NCBI RefSeq assembly: GCF_009914755.1
Contig: NC_060941.1
DNA from: the human T2T-CHM13v2.0 reference genome, Homo sapiens
Length of the DNA: 64,000 nucleotides
Direction: 5' to 3' (one strand)
A program made the translations under genes and the position numbers. The notes under the pieces are model-generated. The model did not search any database, was not told the DNA's origin, and worked only from the letters and a program-made list of their open reading frames with translations. Positions 37,615 through 61,244 of the stretch are shown here, piece by piece (the first letter of the stretch is position 1; each line of letters starts with the position of its first letter).

Positions 37615-38470
37615 AAATAAGTTCTATTGAGACATAATTCACATCCCATAAAATTCACCCTTTTAAAATAAACATTTCAGTGATTTTTAAAGTATATTTA
37701 TAAGGTTGTGCAACTGTCACTCCTATGTAATTCCAGAACATTTTCGCCAACCCAAAAGGAAACCCTGTACCCATTAGCAGTTGTTCTCCATTTCCCTCTC
37801 ACCTGATACCTCCAGCAACCACTAATCTATCATTTTCTGCCACTGTAGATTTGCCTAATCTTGAAATTTCATATAAATGGAATCATAATATATGGCCTAT
37901 TGGGACTGACATCTATCACTAAGCAAAATGTTTTCAAGTTCATCCATACTGTAGCATGAATCAGTACTTTATTCCTTTTTATACCAGAATAATTTCCAGC
38001 ATGTGGATATATCATGTTTTGTTTATCCATTTACCAGCTGGTGGACATTAGGGTTGTTTCCATTTTCTATTATGAACAATGATGCTATGACTATTTCTGT
38101 ACAAGTTTTTTTGTGTGTGTGTGGTAAACATATGTATTAAATTTTCTTGGGTACAAACTTAGGAGTGGAATTGCTGGGACACACAGTAACAACGTTTAAC
38201 AATTTGAGGAGCCACCAGGCTGGTTTCCAAAGTTGCTGCACTACTTTATACTCCCATCAGCAATGTATGATGTGGGTTACAATTTTTCCACATCTTCCTC
38301 AACACTTATTATCAGGCTTTTTACTTTTAGCCACTCTAGTAGGTGTGAAGTAGTATCTCACTGTAATTTTAATTTATATTTCTCTAATGACTAATTATGT
38401 TGCACATTTTTTAGGTGTTTATTTACCACTTGTATATCTTCTTTGGGAAAATGTCAATTCAAATCCTCTA
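37615..38470 (-). mobile_element. L1M (L1MB-like) 3' fragment immediately downstream of exon 3
   Basis: atttcatataaatggaatcata, ggagtggaattgctggg and ctcccatcagcaatgtatga motifs. Confidence 0.85.
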
Positions 38471-38543
38471 CCTGTCATCAGAATTTTGAGATAAATTATT
38501 CTGTACATAGACGAATTATTTTTGAGATAATAAAAGTACTTAC

Positions 38544-38649
38544 ATTTTGCTTTCTCTTCATCTTTGCCTCTTGTAAGGAGGACAAGTCCAACTATTAAAT
38601 TATTGAAGTGCAGCCCTTTGGATGTTCCACCAAAAGAACAGTAAATCAC
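38544..38649 (-). CDS. USP32: USP32 coding exon (inferred exon 3), 106 nt, phase 0->1
   Basis: Translates VIYCSFGGTSKGLHFNNLIVGLVLLTRGKDEEKAK(Y), matching the recalled USP32 N-terminus. Acceptor tttttccag|GTG, donor AAAT|gtaagt. Confidence 0.97.
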
Positions 38650-38861
38650 CTGGAAAAAGATGATAAAGCCAACCTTAGGAGGCATTTCAGTTGTTGAGGA
38701 ATCTGAGGCAGCTATCATCTTTAACAAATTTTATCTCCACCTCCACAACAGGCCCTGGTAAATTTTAGTGAAATCATGTTAAGTTTCTCCCTCTTCTTCC
38801 TCTTTTGGACCTTATTATTGCACTCAGCCTAGAATAGACTGTGACTACTGTAAAATACGTA

Positions 38862-39526
<665 letters not shown>

Positions 39527-40149
39527 ATATTACAGACCCACACAACTGAATTATTTATTCTTTCTCTTGGGAGTCCTTATCAAGGTCCAAGAGTACAAAG
39601 GTCCTCCAATAGCCACAATAATGTGATAAGAATTTTGTGCAATTACACAACTTCCTTCAAACCTGGGAAAACTTACGCACATTACTTTGATTGGAAAAAA
39701 AGATACTCTCTAACTGAATGTTCAGAAATTCAAAGAGACTCAAAAAAATATTTTTTAACACTCTCAGAAATAAGTATTATAGTAATCAGAAATAAAGAAG
39801 AAAAACTATGCATAGGAAAGGGACAACAGAAATCACAATAAATTCACTCATTCAACAGTTCTTTGTTGAGTGCCTACTATCTGCCAGGCAAAGTTTTTGT
39901 CAATAAAAATGCATGATTAAACAATAATTCGAGAAGTTAGTCAATATGAAAACTGAAAATATATATTAGTCACCAAATTATATTTATAAATATATTTAAT
40001 AACACCTGACAACTGATGTCAAAAACTATCTATCTCTAGTGCCAGTGATAACTCAACCCAGCAAAAACTAGCCAAAGGAAATAGCTACAGAACATTAAAA
40101 GTATTTTTTAAAAAACCAAATAAACAGAACTAATACACTTTGTAAAATA

Positions 40150-41640
40150 ACTATTTTTAGTTGCCCCATCTCCCACTCCCAACTAGAAGAAAATAACAGG
40201 GAAAAACAAAAACAAAAACACCTTTATCCCTGGGGAAGGGCAGGAAAACATAATGGCCCCAGACCTTACAGATCCCCTATCACTGGGAAGAAGGAAGATC
40301 AATGTAAAAGTGTCACCCCTAATATCCAGGGACACAGCACCTGCCTAAAACTGAGACAGAAATAGGACTACAGAGAATGTCTTTGAGGTGTGATAACAAA
40401 TAGAAGGTAACATCAAAAGTTGAAGGTAGAGCAAACATTAGAAAAAACCTCTAAGAAAGAGCCCTAACCCCTAAAAAAAAAAAAGTAACCCTAGAATGGA
40501 AATTGAAGTCTCTATAGCACTTAGGGTAACCATAGCAACAAGACCAAAATTAAGCTAAACTATAGACTATATTGACTCAACTTCCCAAGCTGAAGGAAGA
40601 TACTACTTGGCTCAGTCTCTTCTGTCCTATATGAAGCACTTATGTTTCAACCATAAATTTTAAGTCACAGAAAGAAGGAAAAACCCAATATATTGTCAGA
40701 GACGAAGGAAAAATATGCTAATGGAGTTTGAAGAATGCTTTGGAATGGCTCAAGAATAAACTCAACAGAGTTGCATAAGAGATTATCCAAAACGAAACAA
40801 AAGGGGGAAAATGTGAGGAGAGCGGGCAGGGGAAGGTAGACAGAACAGAAAACCCAAGAGCTGTGAGATCATATCAATGATGTAACATTCAAGTAATCCT
40901 GATATCCTACAAAAAAAAGAGAATGGGGCAAAATAAATATCTGAGGAGATAAGGTTGGGGATTTTCAAAATGAATAGACACAAAACCACAGATATTAAGA
41001 AGTTCAGAGAACAAGCAGAATAGATCACACCTATAATCCCAAAAACCAACTAGACAAATCACATTGAAACTTCTCAAAACCAAAGATAAAAAGAAAATGT
41101 TTAAGGCAGCCAGAAGAAAAACAAAATTACATTAAAAAAAACCCAAAAATTATAGCTGGATTATCATCAAAAATTATGTAAGCCAGAAATCAATGGTGTG
41201 AAATATTGAAAGCACTAAAGGAAAAAAACTCAACCATAAGTTCTGTACCTGGTGAAAATATCTTTCAAAAAGAAAAGATATTTTGCTTCCCTTTATTTTT
41301 TTATTTTTTTTTTTTACGGAAACAAAAACAGAGAAGTCATTACCAGCAAAAAGGGGTACAAGAAAGTACCTCAGGCTGGAGGAAATATTATGCCATTAGA
41401 GATACATGTACCTCCATAAAGAAATAAGAATACTGGAAATGGCATAAATGAAGGTAAATATAAAAGCATTTTTCTTATTTTTAATCACTGTGAAAGATTA
41501 ACTAGCAGTCTACATCAGTAAGAGAAGAAATGTAAAGTGTCTTTATAGAATATGTAAAAGTAAAACACGTAACAATAGCACAGAGGATGGGAGAAAGGAA
41601 TTGGAAGTATACTGTTGTATAGTACACATAAATGTTGTCT
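40150..41640 (+). mobile_element. Ancient L1M 5'/ORF1 fragment
   Basis: Degenerate ORF1-like text (aaccaaagataaaaagaaaatgtttaaggcagccaga, agccagaaatcaatgg). Confidence 0.6.
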
Positions 41641-42047
41641 ATACACCATTAAATGGTTTATTATACCAATTCACATGTGGTATATCTCATCTTTAAACTG
41701 CCAGTCACCAGGAAATTACGTGACCTTAGTAATCTAGTGTTTAAGCCTAACATTGACCTCATTAATAAACTCTTATTTTTATAATAAAAGCAATAGCTAA
41801 TATTTAAATGCTTGTTATGTGGCATTTTACTACTGTAAGTTATTTACCAGTATTAAGCCTTTAGATGACTCCACAAGGAATACTGGTATCCTCATTTTAG
41901 GGCTGGGGGAAACCAGAGCCCAAAGAGATTAAGTAACTTGTCCAAAGTCATACATCAATGAAGCAGCAGAGTCAGAATTTTAACCTAGGAAAGACAGGCT
42001 TCTGAAACTGAATTTTTAACCAACTTTTAGTTCTATAGTACAATTAA

Positions 42048-42476
42048 TATGTTAGTCTGTTTTGCATTGCTATAAAGGAATACCTGAGGCTGGGTAATTT
42101 TTATAAAGAAAAGAGGTTTTTTTGGCTCACGGTTCTGCAGCCTGTATAAGCATGGCACCAGCATCTGCTCAGCTTCTCATGAGGCCTCAGAAAGCTTTCA
42201 CTTGTGACAGAAAGTGAAGGGGGAGCAGAGAACAAGCATGTCACATGGTGAGAGAGGAAGCATGAGAGAGAGGAGGAAGTACCAGGCTCCTTTAAACAAC
42301 CAGCTCTTTCATGAACTAATAGAGTGACAGCGCACTCATTACTGTGGGGAAAGCACCCAGGCACTCGTGGGGATCTGCCCCCATGATCCAAACACCTCCC
42401 ACGAGGCCCCACCTCCAACATTGGGGATCACATTTCAATATAAGATTTGGAGGGGACAAATATCCAAACTATATCA
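42048..42476 (-). mobile_element. MST (MaLR) solo LTR
   Basis: ttagtctgttttgcattgctataaaggaatacctgaggctgggtaattt...ggccccacctccaacattggggatcacatttc...tatccaaactatatca. Confidence 0.9.
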
Positions 42477-43247
42477 ATTATATACATTCATTTCTAGTTA
42501 ATTTGTCTAGAATTATATGAAAGACATCATCAGCAAGACATACATCATTTTGGTGAAATCTCCTGAAGATTAAACAAAGAAATTTCAAATGGTAACAAAT
42601 TCAATTTATAAACACTGAGTTTTTGGCATCCCTTTCCATTCACTGTATCTTGATAATCCAGTCTCTTCACTTTTGACAATTTCACTGACTTTAATACAAA
42701 GAGTAAAGCAGTGAGGGTAAAATTAAGGAAGAAATTTTGAGTAAGGTATGACTTTCAGTTTTGCAAGTACTTGTAAAATGTAACAGATTTTGTATGGAAT
42801 AAATTTGTTTGGAATATACTGCTACCTCCCTATCGCTCCCAAAATACAAGTACAGCAATAACCTAGAATCATCCAGTTCATTTGACAAATGATTAAGAGG
42901 AAGCCCCCAAAAATCACCATTTCCTAAGTTCTAGGATGTACATATTTTCCGCCTTTAATCAATGTTTCAGAAAGCAGTATGCATCTAACACCTCTAATGT
43001 CTAAGTACCCTTTTTTCACTCAAAAAGAAAAAAAAAGGAAAAAAAAGAACAACTATTTAAATGGTCACCTTATAATAGGCAGTCCTTTAACATTTAGAGA
43101 ATATTAAGTGCCACACTCATTACTAATTAGCTTTCATTTTCGGATTTAGAAGACGGAGTGTGAATAGGATAGCAAGGATGCTGGCAGTCCAGGGTGGTCT
43201 TGATGTCATTTTTTGAAAAGCACTTAATAAAGGTAAAGTGTTATTTA

Positions 43248-43598
<351 letters not shown>

Positions 43599-43609
43599 TT
43601 AGCTATTAA

Positions 43610-48215
<4,606 letters not shown>

Positions 48216-48561
48216 AAAGGAAAAGAAAAACACTCTTAAACATTTTGTAGCCATGACTATCCAGTCAAAGACTTAATACACTGTTATACTAATATATAAA
48301 ATTGATGTATGTGGTAATGATCTCACTAGCCTCCTTTCAGACAATGATGTCATCCCAGTAAATAATATGATTAACTCTGAAGAGAGGGAAATTTGTCTGT
48401 ATTGTCAAAGAAAAAGACTTATAACATACCAAAAACCTACCTCTTGTCTAACAGTTAAGAGGTCAAAAAAGGGTAGATGTAGGCCGGGCACAGTGGCTCA
48501 CGCCTGTAATCCCAACACTTTGGGAGGCCGAGGATGGTGGATCACCTGAGATCAGAAGTTA

Positions 48562-48891
<330 letters not shown>

Positions 48892-49950
48892 TTATCCCAC
48901 AGTTCCTTAGGGGAAATAGTTAAGTGACAGATACTGTTTTATCATGGCTTTTAGAGTCAGAAAGGCCTGACATTGAAGCCAGGCTTTATTAATATACCAA
49001 CTATGTGGTCTTAAGCAAATCACTTAACTTTCTGGGCCTTAGTTGCAGTCCATGACACATATGTTGAAGCAATGTGCCAAGTCGTCTCATTCCAGGACCT
49101 AAGCTGGAAAGCAGCCCCTGGGTGGGAAATACTATCTCAGGACAGAAGGCGGAAACCAGAGTTTGAAGTCACTTTGTTAACTAGTAAGAATTCAGCACTG
49201 ATGAGCTCATAACTTTTGCTTGAAAATATTTTTCCAGAGTAAACTCTAGTACACCAATCTAACTGCTTGATTAATTCATCAACAGAACCAAATTAATGTT
49301 TTCAAATTTTCATTTTATATAATTCTCATGAGGATCAATACTTTTCCATTTGTTGTTGTTGTTGTTGTCGTTGTCGTTGTTGTTGAGACAGGGTCTCATT
49401 CTATTGCCCAGGCTGTAGTGCAGTGGCATAACCACAGCTCATCGCAGCCTTGACCTCCCAGGCTCAAGTGATCCTCCCAAGAGTCCTTGGGAGTCTGAGG
49501 ACTCCCAAGTAGCTGAGCGCACAGGAACATGCCATCACACCTTGCTAATTTTTTCATTTTTTTGTAAAGATGGGATCTTACTATGTTGCCCAGGCTAAAA
49601 AATTTATCCTGACTGACACAGAGTTAAAAAGGAAAGTATACATAAGTTAAAAAGGCAAAAAATATATACCTTTCCAAAGAACTTGATGTCACCAACCTAC
49701 ATGCTTAAAAGCCATCTTTAGGTAATGACAAAGATGAAACATGAATTCACAAAATAAGTCATGCTGTATGTTGGTGAGCTTCGAAGAATAACTCAAACAC
49801 AACATAAGGCCCATGGTATATGAATACATTAAGTACTCATTTGCATAAAACATACTTACTACTGATAAAATTTCAAATGTTAACATTTAATGCAAGCTCT
49901 GTGGCTGGGCACGGTGGCTCATGCCTGTAATCCCAGATCCCAGCACTTTA

Positions 49951-50235
<285 letters not shown>

Positions 50236-50479
50236 CTATATGTGTGTGTTTTGAAAAACTTTTCCTTCTAAAACTAAAAATTATGTGTGTTCACATTACT
50301 GTTTCTTTAGTGCAGAGTCCAATAGAACAAAATGTTTCTTTTCTTCAAATGTGTTTCATAATACTAACCATGTCTTTCCTGGAAGTAAATATCATAAGGT
50401 AGAGTCATGCTTAGCTCCAAAAAAAATAAAGGGCCCCTTGAAATTCTGAATAAATAACAACATACAAATGCAAAGTATA

Positions 50480-54492
<4,013 letters not shown>

Positions 54493-54763
54493 TTATAAAT
54501 CCCAATACTTTGGGAGGCCAATGCAGGAAGATCGCTTAATGCCAGGAGTTTGAGACCAGCCTGGGCAAAATAGCGAGACCCTCACCGCTACAAAATATTC
54601 AAGAATTAGCTAGGTGTAGTGCCATGCACCCATAGTTCCAGCTACACAGGAGGCTAAAGAGGGAGGATTGCTTGGGCCTGGGAGATTGAGGTACCACTGC
54701 ATTCCAGCCTGGGCAACACAGTGAGACCAGCCTGGCCAAAATGGTAAAAACCCGTCTCTACTA

Positions 54764-54997
<234 letters not shown>

Positions 54998-55827
54998 TTA
55001 AAATCAGTGGTACAAATTGTGACATAGAAAGCATGTGTATCAGTTTTGTAAATGACAAAGTTGGTAGGGATGGCTAAAAGGTTAACAGAATTAAATCAAA
55101 TTCATCTTAGGCTGTGACACTAGGCTAAAAGCAACAAAATTAAATTTAATCTATTTAAACTGCAGTTTCCTTATAAACTCAGCATATATAAAGATATAGA
55201 AGAAGATCAAGCTTGAAATTTTTAGCCAACAAAGTGATGACCTTTTGGCTTGTTTAGGCTAATACAATTTTATGCTGAATGGTAGTGATTAAAGAATTAT
55301 ATATTCTCCTGTTCACTAATCTAATTCCATCTAGAGAACAGCATGGGATTAACCATTATGCATATTAACTGTGGTTAAGAAGCAGCAGGGAAAAGGACTT
55401 GTTCACATCTCTAGAAGGGAAAGTTCCAGTTTCCCAATTCAAACAGCTGAACTCTACCTCCATGAAGCAGAGGATTTCCAGTTGAGACTCAAGTAAAGAC
55501 AACAAAAATTTCAGGATTATGAAACTGTGACAAAATCATTAGTGGCTTTTAGCTGCACCCCCACCTCCAAACCCAGAAAACAAGGCTGGGACTAGGTCAG
55601 GTGAATTTACAGAATTGTTTTACTGCCCCCAAACTTAAATGGAGTAGAACCAAAACACAAAAATTTTACTGAATTAATGATATCCTACATCATTTTCAAG
55701 CTGGTGTGCTACATCAATTTATAACATCCAACATTTAGCAAGATACAAAAACGGTAACCTTGTAAGAGAAATGTTAGAGAAGGATGTGAGTGAAAAATTG
55801 ACCACTTTTTAAAATAAGTTATTCGTT

Positions 55828-56198
55828 ACAATGGGATATTATTCAGTCATAAAAAGGAATGAAGTTCTGATACATGTTACAACATGAATGAACTTTGAAA
55901 ACATTATGCTAAGTGAAATAAGCCAGCTACAAAAGGACACATATTATATGATACCACTTACGTAAAGTAATTTGAATCGGCAAATTCATAAAGACTAAAA
56001 GTTGACTGCGTGTTATGAGGGTTTAGGGGAAGGGGTTGGGAGCATTAATGGTTAATGAGCCGAGTTTCTGTTTGGGATGATGAAAAGGTTTTAGAAAAAG
56101 ATAGTGGTGATGGCTGCAAAATATTGTGAATGTAGTTAGTGTCTGTGAACTGTACACTTTAAAATGGTTAAAATGGCAAATATTATGTTTTATATATT

Positions 56199-56215
<17 letters not shown>
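55828..56215 (+). mobile_element. L1MB-type 3' end
   Basis: ataaaaaggaatgaagttctgatacatg...tgaactgtacactttaaaatggttaaaatggcaaat. Confidence 0.85.
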
Positions 56216-56945
<730 letters not shown>

Positions 56946-57054
56946 CGTAAGTATCTTCAATATCAGCATTGGAACTCTTCTCTCACACAATATATTTTCA
57001 GGGAGTAATCTGTTGAAAATCCCAAACTGTTATTTAAACAAACTACCAAGAATA

Positions 57055-57644
57055 CAATTAAGTCCTCATTTAACATCATGGATAGGTTCTTGGAAACTGC
57101 AACTTCAAATGACACCAGGTAGAATGAAACCAATTTTACCACAGGTTAATTGATATAAACAAGAGTCAAGTTCCTGAGGTATGTTTCTGGTCACAAAAAT
57201 ATCACCAAACTTCTAAATAAATACCCCAAAACATTTCTAATATTAAACATTGAAATAAATGTAAGCTGTACATACATTTGAGGAAAATTAATAAAAACAA
57301 GTAAGATAAATTACTATATCTACCCAATTATTACTGTTCAGTGTCACAGGTAATCAGAGCCTATGTCAGCAGCTCAAGGGCACCATCCCATCACACGGCA
57401 CACTCACGCAGACATCCACACTCACTCAGACTGGGACAACTTAGACATGCCAAGTCATCAAACGTGCACACCGTTGGGATGAGGGAAGAAACCGGGGTAC
57501 CTGGAGAAAACCCACACAGACATGTGGGGGAGCATGCAAACCACACAGTGGCCCTGGCCAGAAATTGATGTTTTTTTCATCAACATTATAATGAAAAACA
57601 ACACCGAATGAGTGATGAGATGACATTATTTGAGGATGTGCTGC
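57055..57644. mobile_element. MER82-type Tigger-derived MITE
   Basis: agtcctcatttaacatcatggataggttcttggaaactgc start and ttatttgaggatgtgctg end, matching the recalled MER82 consensus. Confidence 0.8.
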
Positions 57645-59859
57645 ACACAGTTATATAAACCTATTTAGTAATCAAGGAAGAGTTTCCCTAATAAATAAAA
57701 ATATTTTCAGAAAGGGTAATAAGCAATAAAACTAGCATTTTAGAACATGTACAATGATTACCAGAATTCCAGGCAAATGTCACATGCAGGTTCCAGGAAC
57801 TAGGACCTGGAGATCTTTGAAGCCATTATTTAGCCTACAACCCTCTCCAGAGTAGCTATGGTCCTAGGAGAATGGGACAAATTCTCATTGCTTTTTTTCC
57901 CCCATCTCTGTCCTCTTACCTCCTACAGCTTGGCTCCGGATACAGACGCAGTAGCACAAAGTATATGGCACAGTAGTATAACTAAAAACCCTAACTCTCT
58001 AACCAGAGGACTGAAAATCGGAGATCCAGGGAAATAGAAAGTAAAAAGAATATTGAGGAGAGGAAGAAGCTCAGGAAAGTTGTCTTTTGAACTCCTGGGT
58101 ATACCTCCCAGCTGTATATGAATGGATATAAGCCTAAATTGCTTATCAAAGTCTAAGAATTAAAATTCAGCATAGACCAAAACCCAGGTCCCAGTCTAGC
58201 CACTGGGTGGTACACATATGGGACAGATACAAATACCACTGCAAAGACTCTAAAAACTTAACTGACATTGGAACTACAACCAACGTAAGACTGGTGGGAA
58301 CTGATGCCCTGAGCCCATCATTATCAAGGATCTGATAAAACAAATATACCGACATCTCCAAAGCAACAATCAGAATCTCATAACACAATATTCCAAATGT
58401 CCAGAATATAATCTGAAATCACTCAGCACATAAAGAACCAGGAAATTATCATCTCAATTAGGAAACGACAATCAATCAACAGGTACCATCAATCAGGTGA
58501 GACACATTGGATATAGACAAAGGCTTTAGAACAGCTATTACAAAAATTCCCAAAGAAATGAGGGCAAACATTCTTGAAATGAATGGAAACACAACAGTTT
58601 AAACATAGTAACAGAAAATACAGAAGACCAAATGAAAATTTTACAATGAAAAATACAGTAACAACAACAAAAAAATTTTAAGCCACTTCCCTAAATCTAT
58701 CAATTGGAAATCTGGAAAGACAAGCTTCTCTTTTAACAGTGACCATTCGTTGTGATGGTCAACTCTATTAATCATTAACACCTCAGTGGTAACTATTTTA
58801 ATCAGATGGCTTTTTTTTTTTTTTTAGCCCTAGTGATACTAACTGAAAAAGAAATTGTCTTTGACCTTTGCCACAACTTTAGTCATCCCTTTGCAATAAA
58901 GTGCCCATAGCTGGCATTCAATGACTGTTGAGAAAACTTAATAAACAGAAATAAATAGAATAAAAGCATGTCTTTATGAGACAGAGAAAAAAAGTTAAGT
59001 AAAATGTGACAACTAGATACAAAATAGGCCCACTGTTTTATAAGATGTGTTTAACATAAGACTCAACATGCTGGTTCTTTAAAGTGAACTGAGTAGGTAA
59101 CTCTATAGGCCAAACTTTTTTTTAAGGTTATTTTAAGATGAGTTCTTGCCATGTTGCCCAGGCTTGCCTCGAACTCCTAGGCTCAAGGGATCCTCCCACC
59201 TCAGCCTCCTCAGTAGCTGGGACTACACGAACATACCACTATGCCTGGCTCCCTAAATCATATTTAAGTGTTTAAGATATTGTTCTTAAATCAATGAATT
59301 TAATAAGCATTATACTAAAAGCCAAGAAAAAGCATGGCATATACAACTTGAAATCCACATGGATTTCATTTTGGCTCTCTGTATTAGTAAATCTTCACAA
59401 AAATTTATTTATACAAAATTAATAACTTAATTGGTATTTTAAAAATAGATTGTAATAAATAGATGTAATTTCAGAAAAGTTCTGATGTTTGTTCTACACA
59501 CTAAAAAAATAGAATTTCAAAAAAGGGTCAAGATTAGAAAACACGAAAATTAACTGACTCAGGGTTCAAAAAAAGGAGATAGTCCCTGGGTTCTAGACTT
59601 GGAGTTACATTTATAGAACCACCATATAAAATATAAATACCATATATCAACATTAAATTTGGTTAACAATTACTTTAACATTTTAAAGATATTTATTGCT
59701 AAAAAACAGAAAACTTTAACATTCTTCAAAGCACTAAAATGGATTGAGCCAATTATGCCAATTACAAATTTCCATATACATATACACCACATGAATGTAT
59801 AAATATTTTCATTTCAGATTTACTAGTCCATTTGATCAAGAAATTTGAACATCTGGAGA

Positions 59860-60575
59860 TCAGGAAAATGCAAATCAAAACCACAATGAGACACAACTTC
59901 ATACCCACTAGGACAGCTATAATAAAAAACACAGATTAATTAAACTCCAAGGATATAGGGAAATTGGAACCCACATATACTATTGGTAGAAATGTAAAAT
60001 GGGCAGCCACTTTGGAAAATAGTCTGGCAGTTCCTCAAAAAGTTAAATGAAGAGTTCCATATGACCCAGAAATTCCATGCAAGGTATATATCCAAAGAAA
60101 TGGAAATATATATCCACGCAAAGGTATACAAATGTTCACAGCAGCATTATTTATAATAACAAAAAAGTGGAAATAACCCAAATATTCATTAACTGATGAA
60201 ATAAACAAAATGTTATATATATATGCATACAATGAAATATTATTCAACAATAAAAAGGAATAAAGGACTGATACATGTTTTCAAGATTCATCTAAGAGGC
60301 CAATCACAGAAAATCATGATTTCATTTATATGAAATTACTAGAATAGTGAAATCTATATAGACAGAAAGTAGATTAGTATATTAGTTGGCCAAAGGCTGT
60401 GAGAGGAGAGGATGAAGAAAACAGGGATGACTGTTAAAGTAAGGTTTCTTTTTGGGGAGATGAAACTGTGGTAATGGGTACACAACTCTATGAACATAGT
60501 AAAAGCCACTGAATTGTATACTTTAAATGTGTGAATAGTGTGACATGTAAATTATAGCTCAATAAAAGCTTTTAA
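59860..60575 (+). mobile_element. L1M 3' fragment
   Basis: caggaaaatgcaaatcaaaaccacaatgag, gcagccactttggaaaatagtctggcagttcctcaaaaagttaaa and aataaaa end. Confidence 0.85.
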
Positions 60576-61070
60576 GAAAAACAAAACACTATTTCTTTTA
60601 AAGCAAAGAACTGGTGTATGTAACAAAGTTGGTTAAACACACTTTGCTGAATACTGCTCCTATAAGGCTTTTTATATCTCACCTAAAATTTCTGAAAGTC
60701 AAATATAACAAGAAAGAAGGAAGACTGGAAAAGTAGTTCAAGATAAACCTTCATGTGAAGTATTATATGCTTTACTGTTTTCTAAAAAGCGTCAAAACAT
60801 CTCTACAGCTTCTGCCATTTGGAAATTAAGAAATTCTTCTTCAAAGATGGAATACTAGTAAAGTTGCCACCCATGCATAAAATAGCTTAAGCAATCAGCA
60901 GTGCAAACTATAAAATGATTTTTTAAAAGCATAAACCAGGCCAGGTGCAGTAGCTCATGCCTGTAAAACCAGCACTTTGGAAGGCCAAGGTAAGAAGATT
61001 GCTTGAGGCCAGGAGTTCAAGACCAACCTGGGCAACACAGTGAGACCTTGTCTCTACAAAAACATTTTTA

Positions 61071-61244
<174 letters not shown>

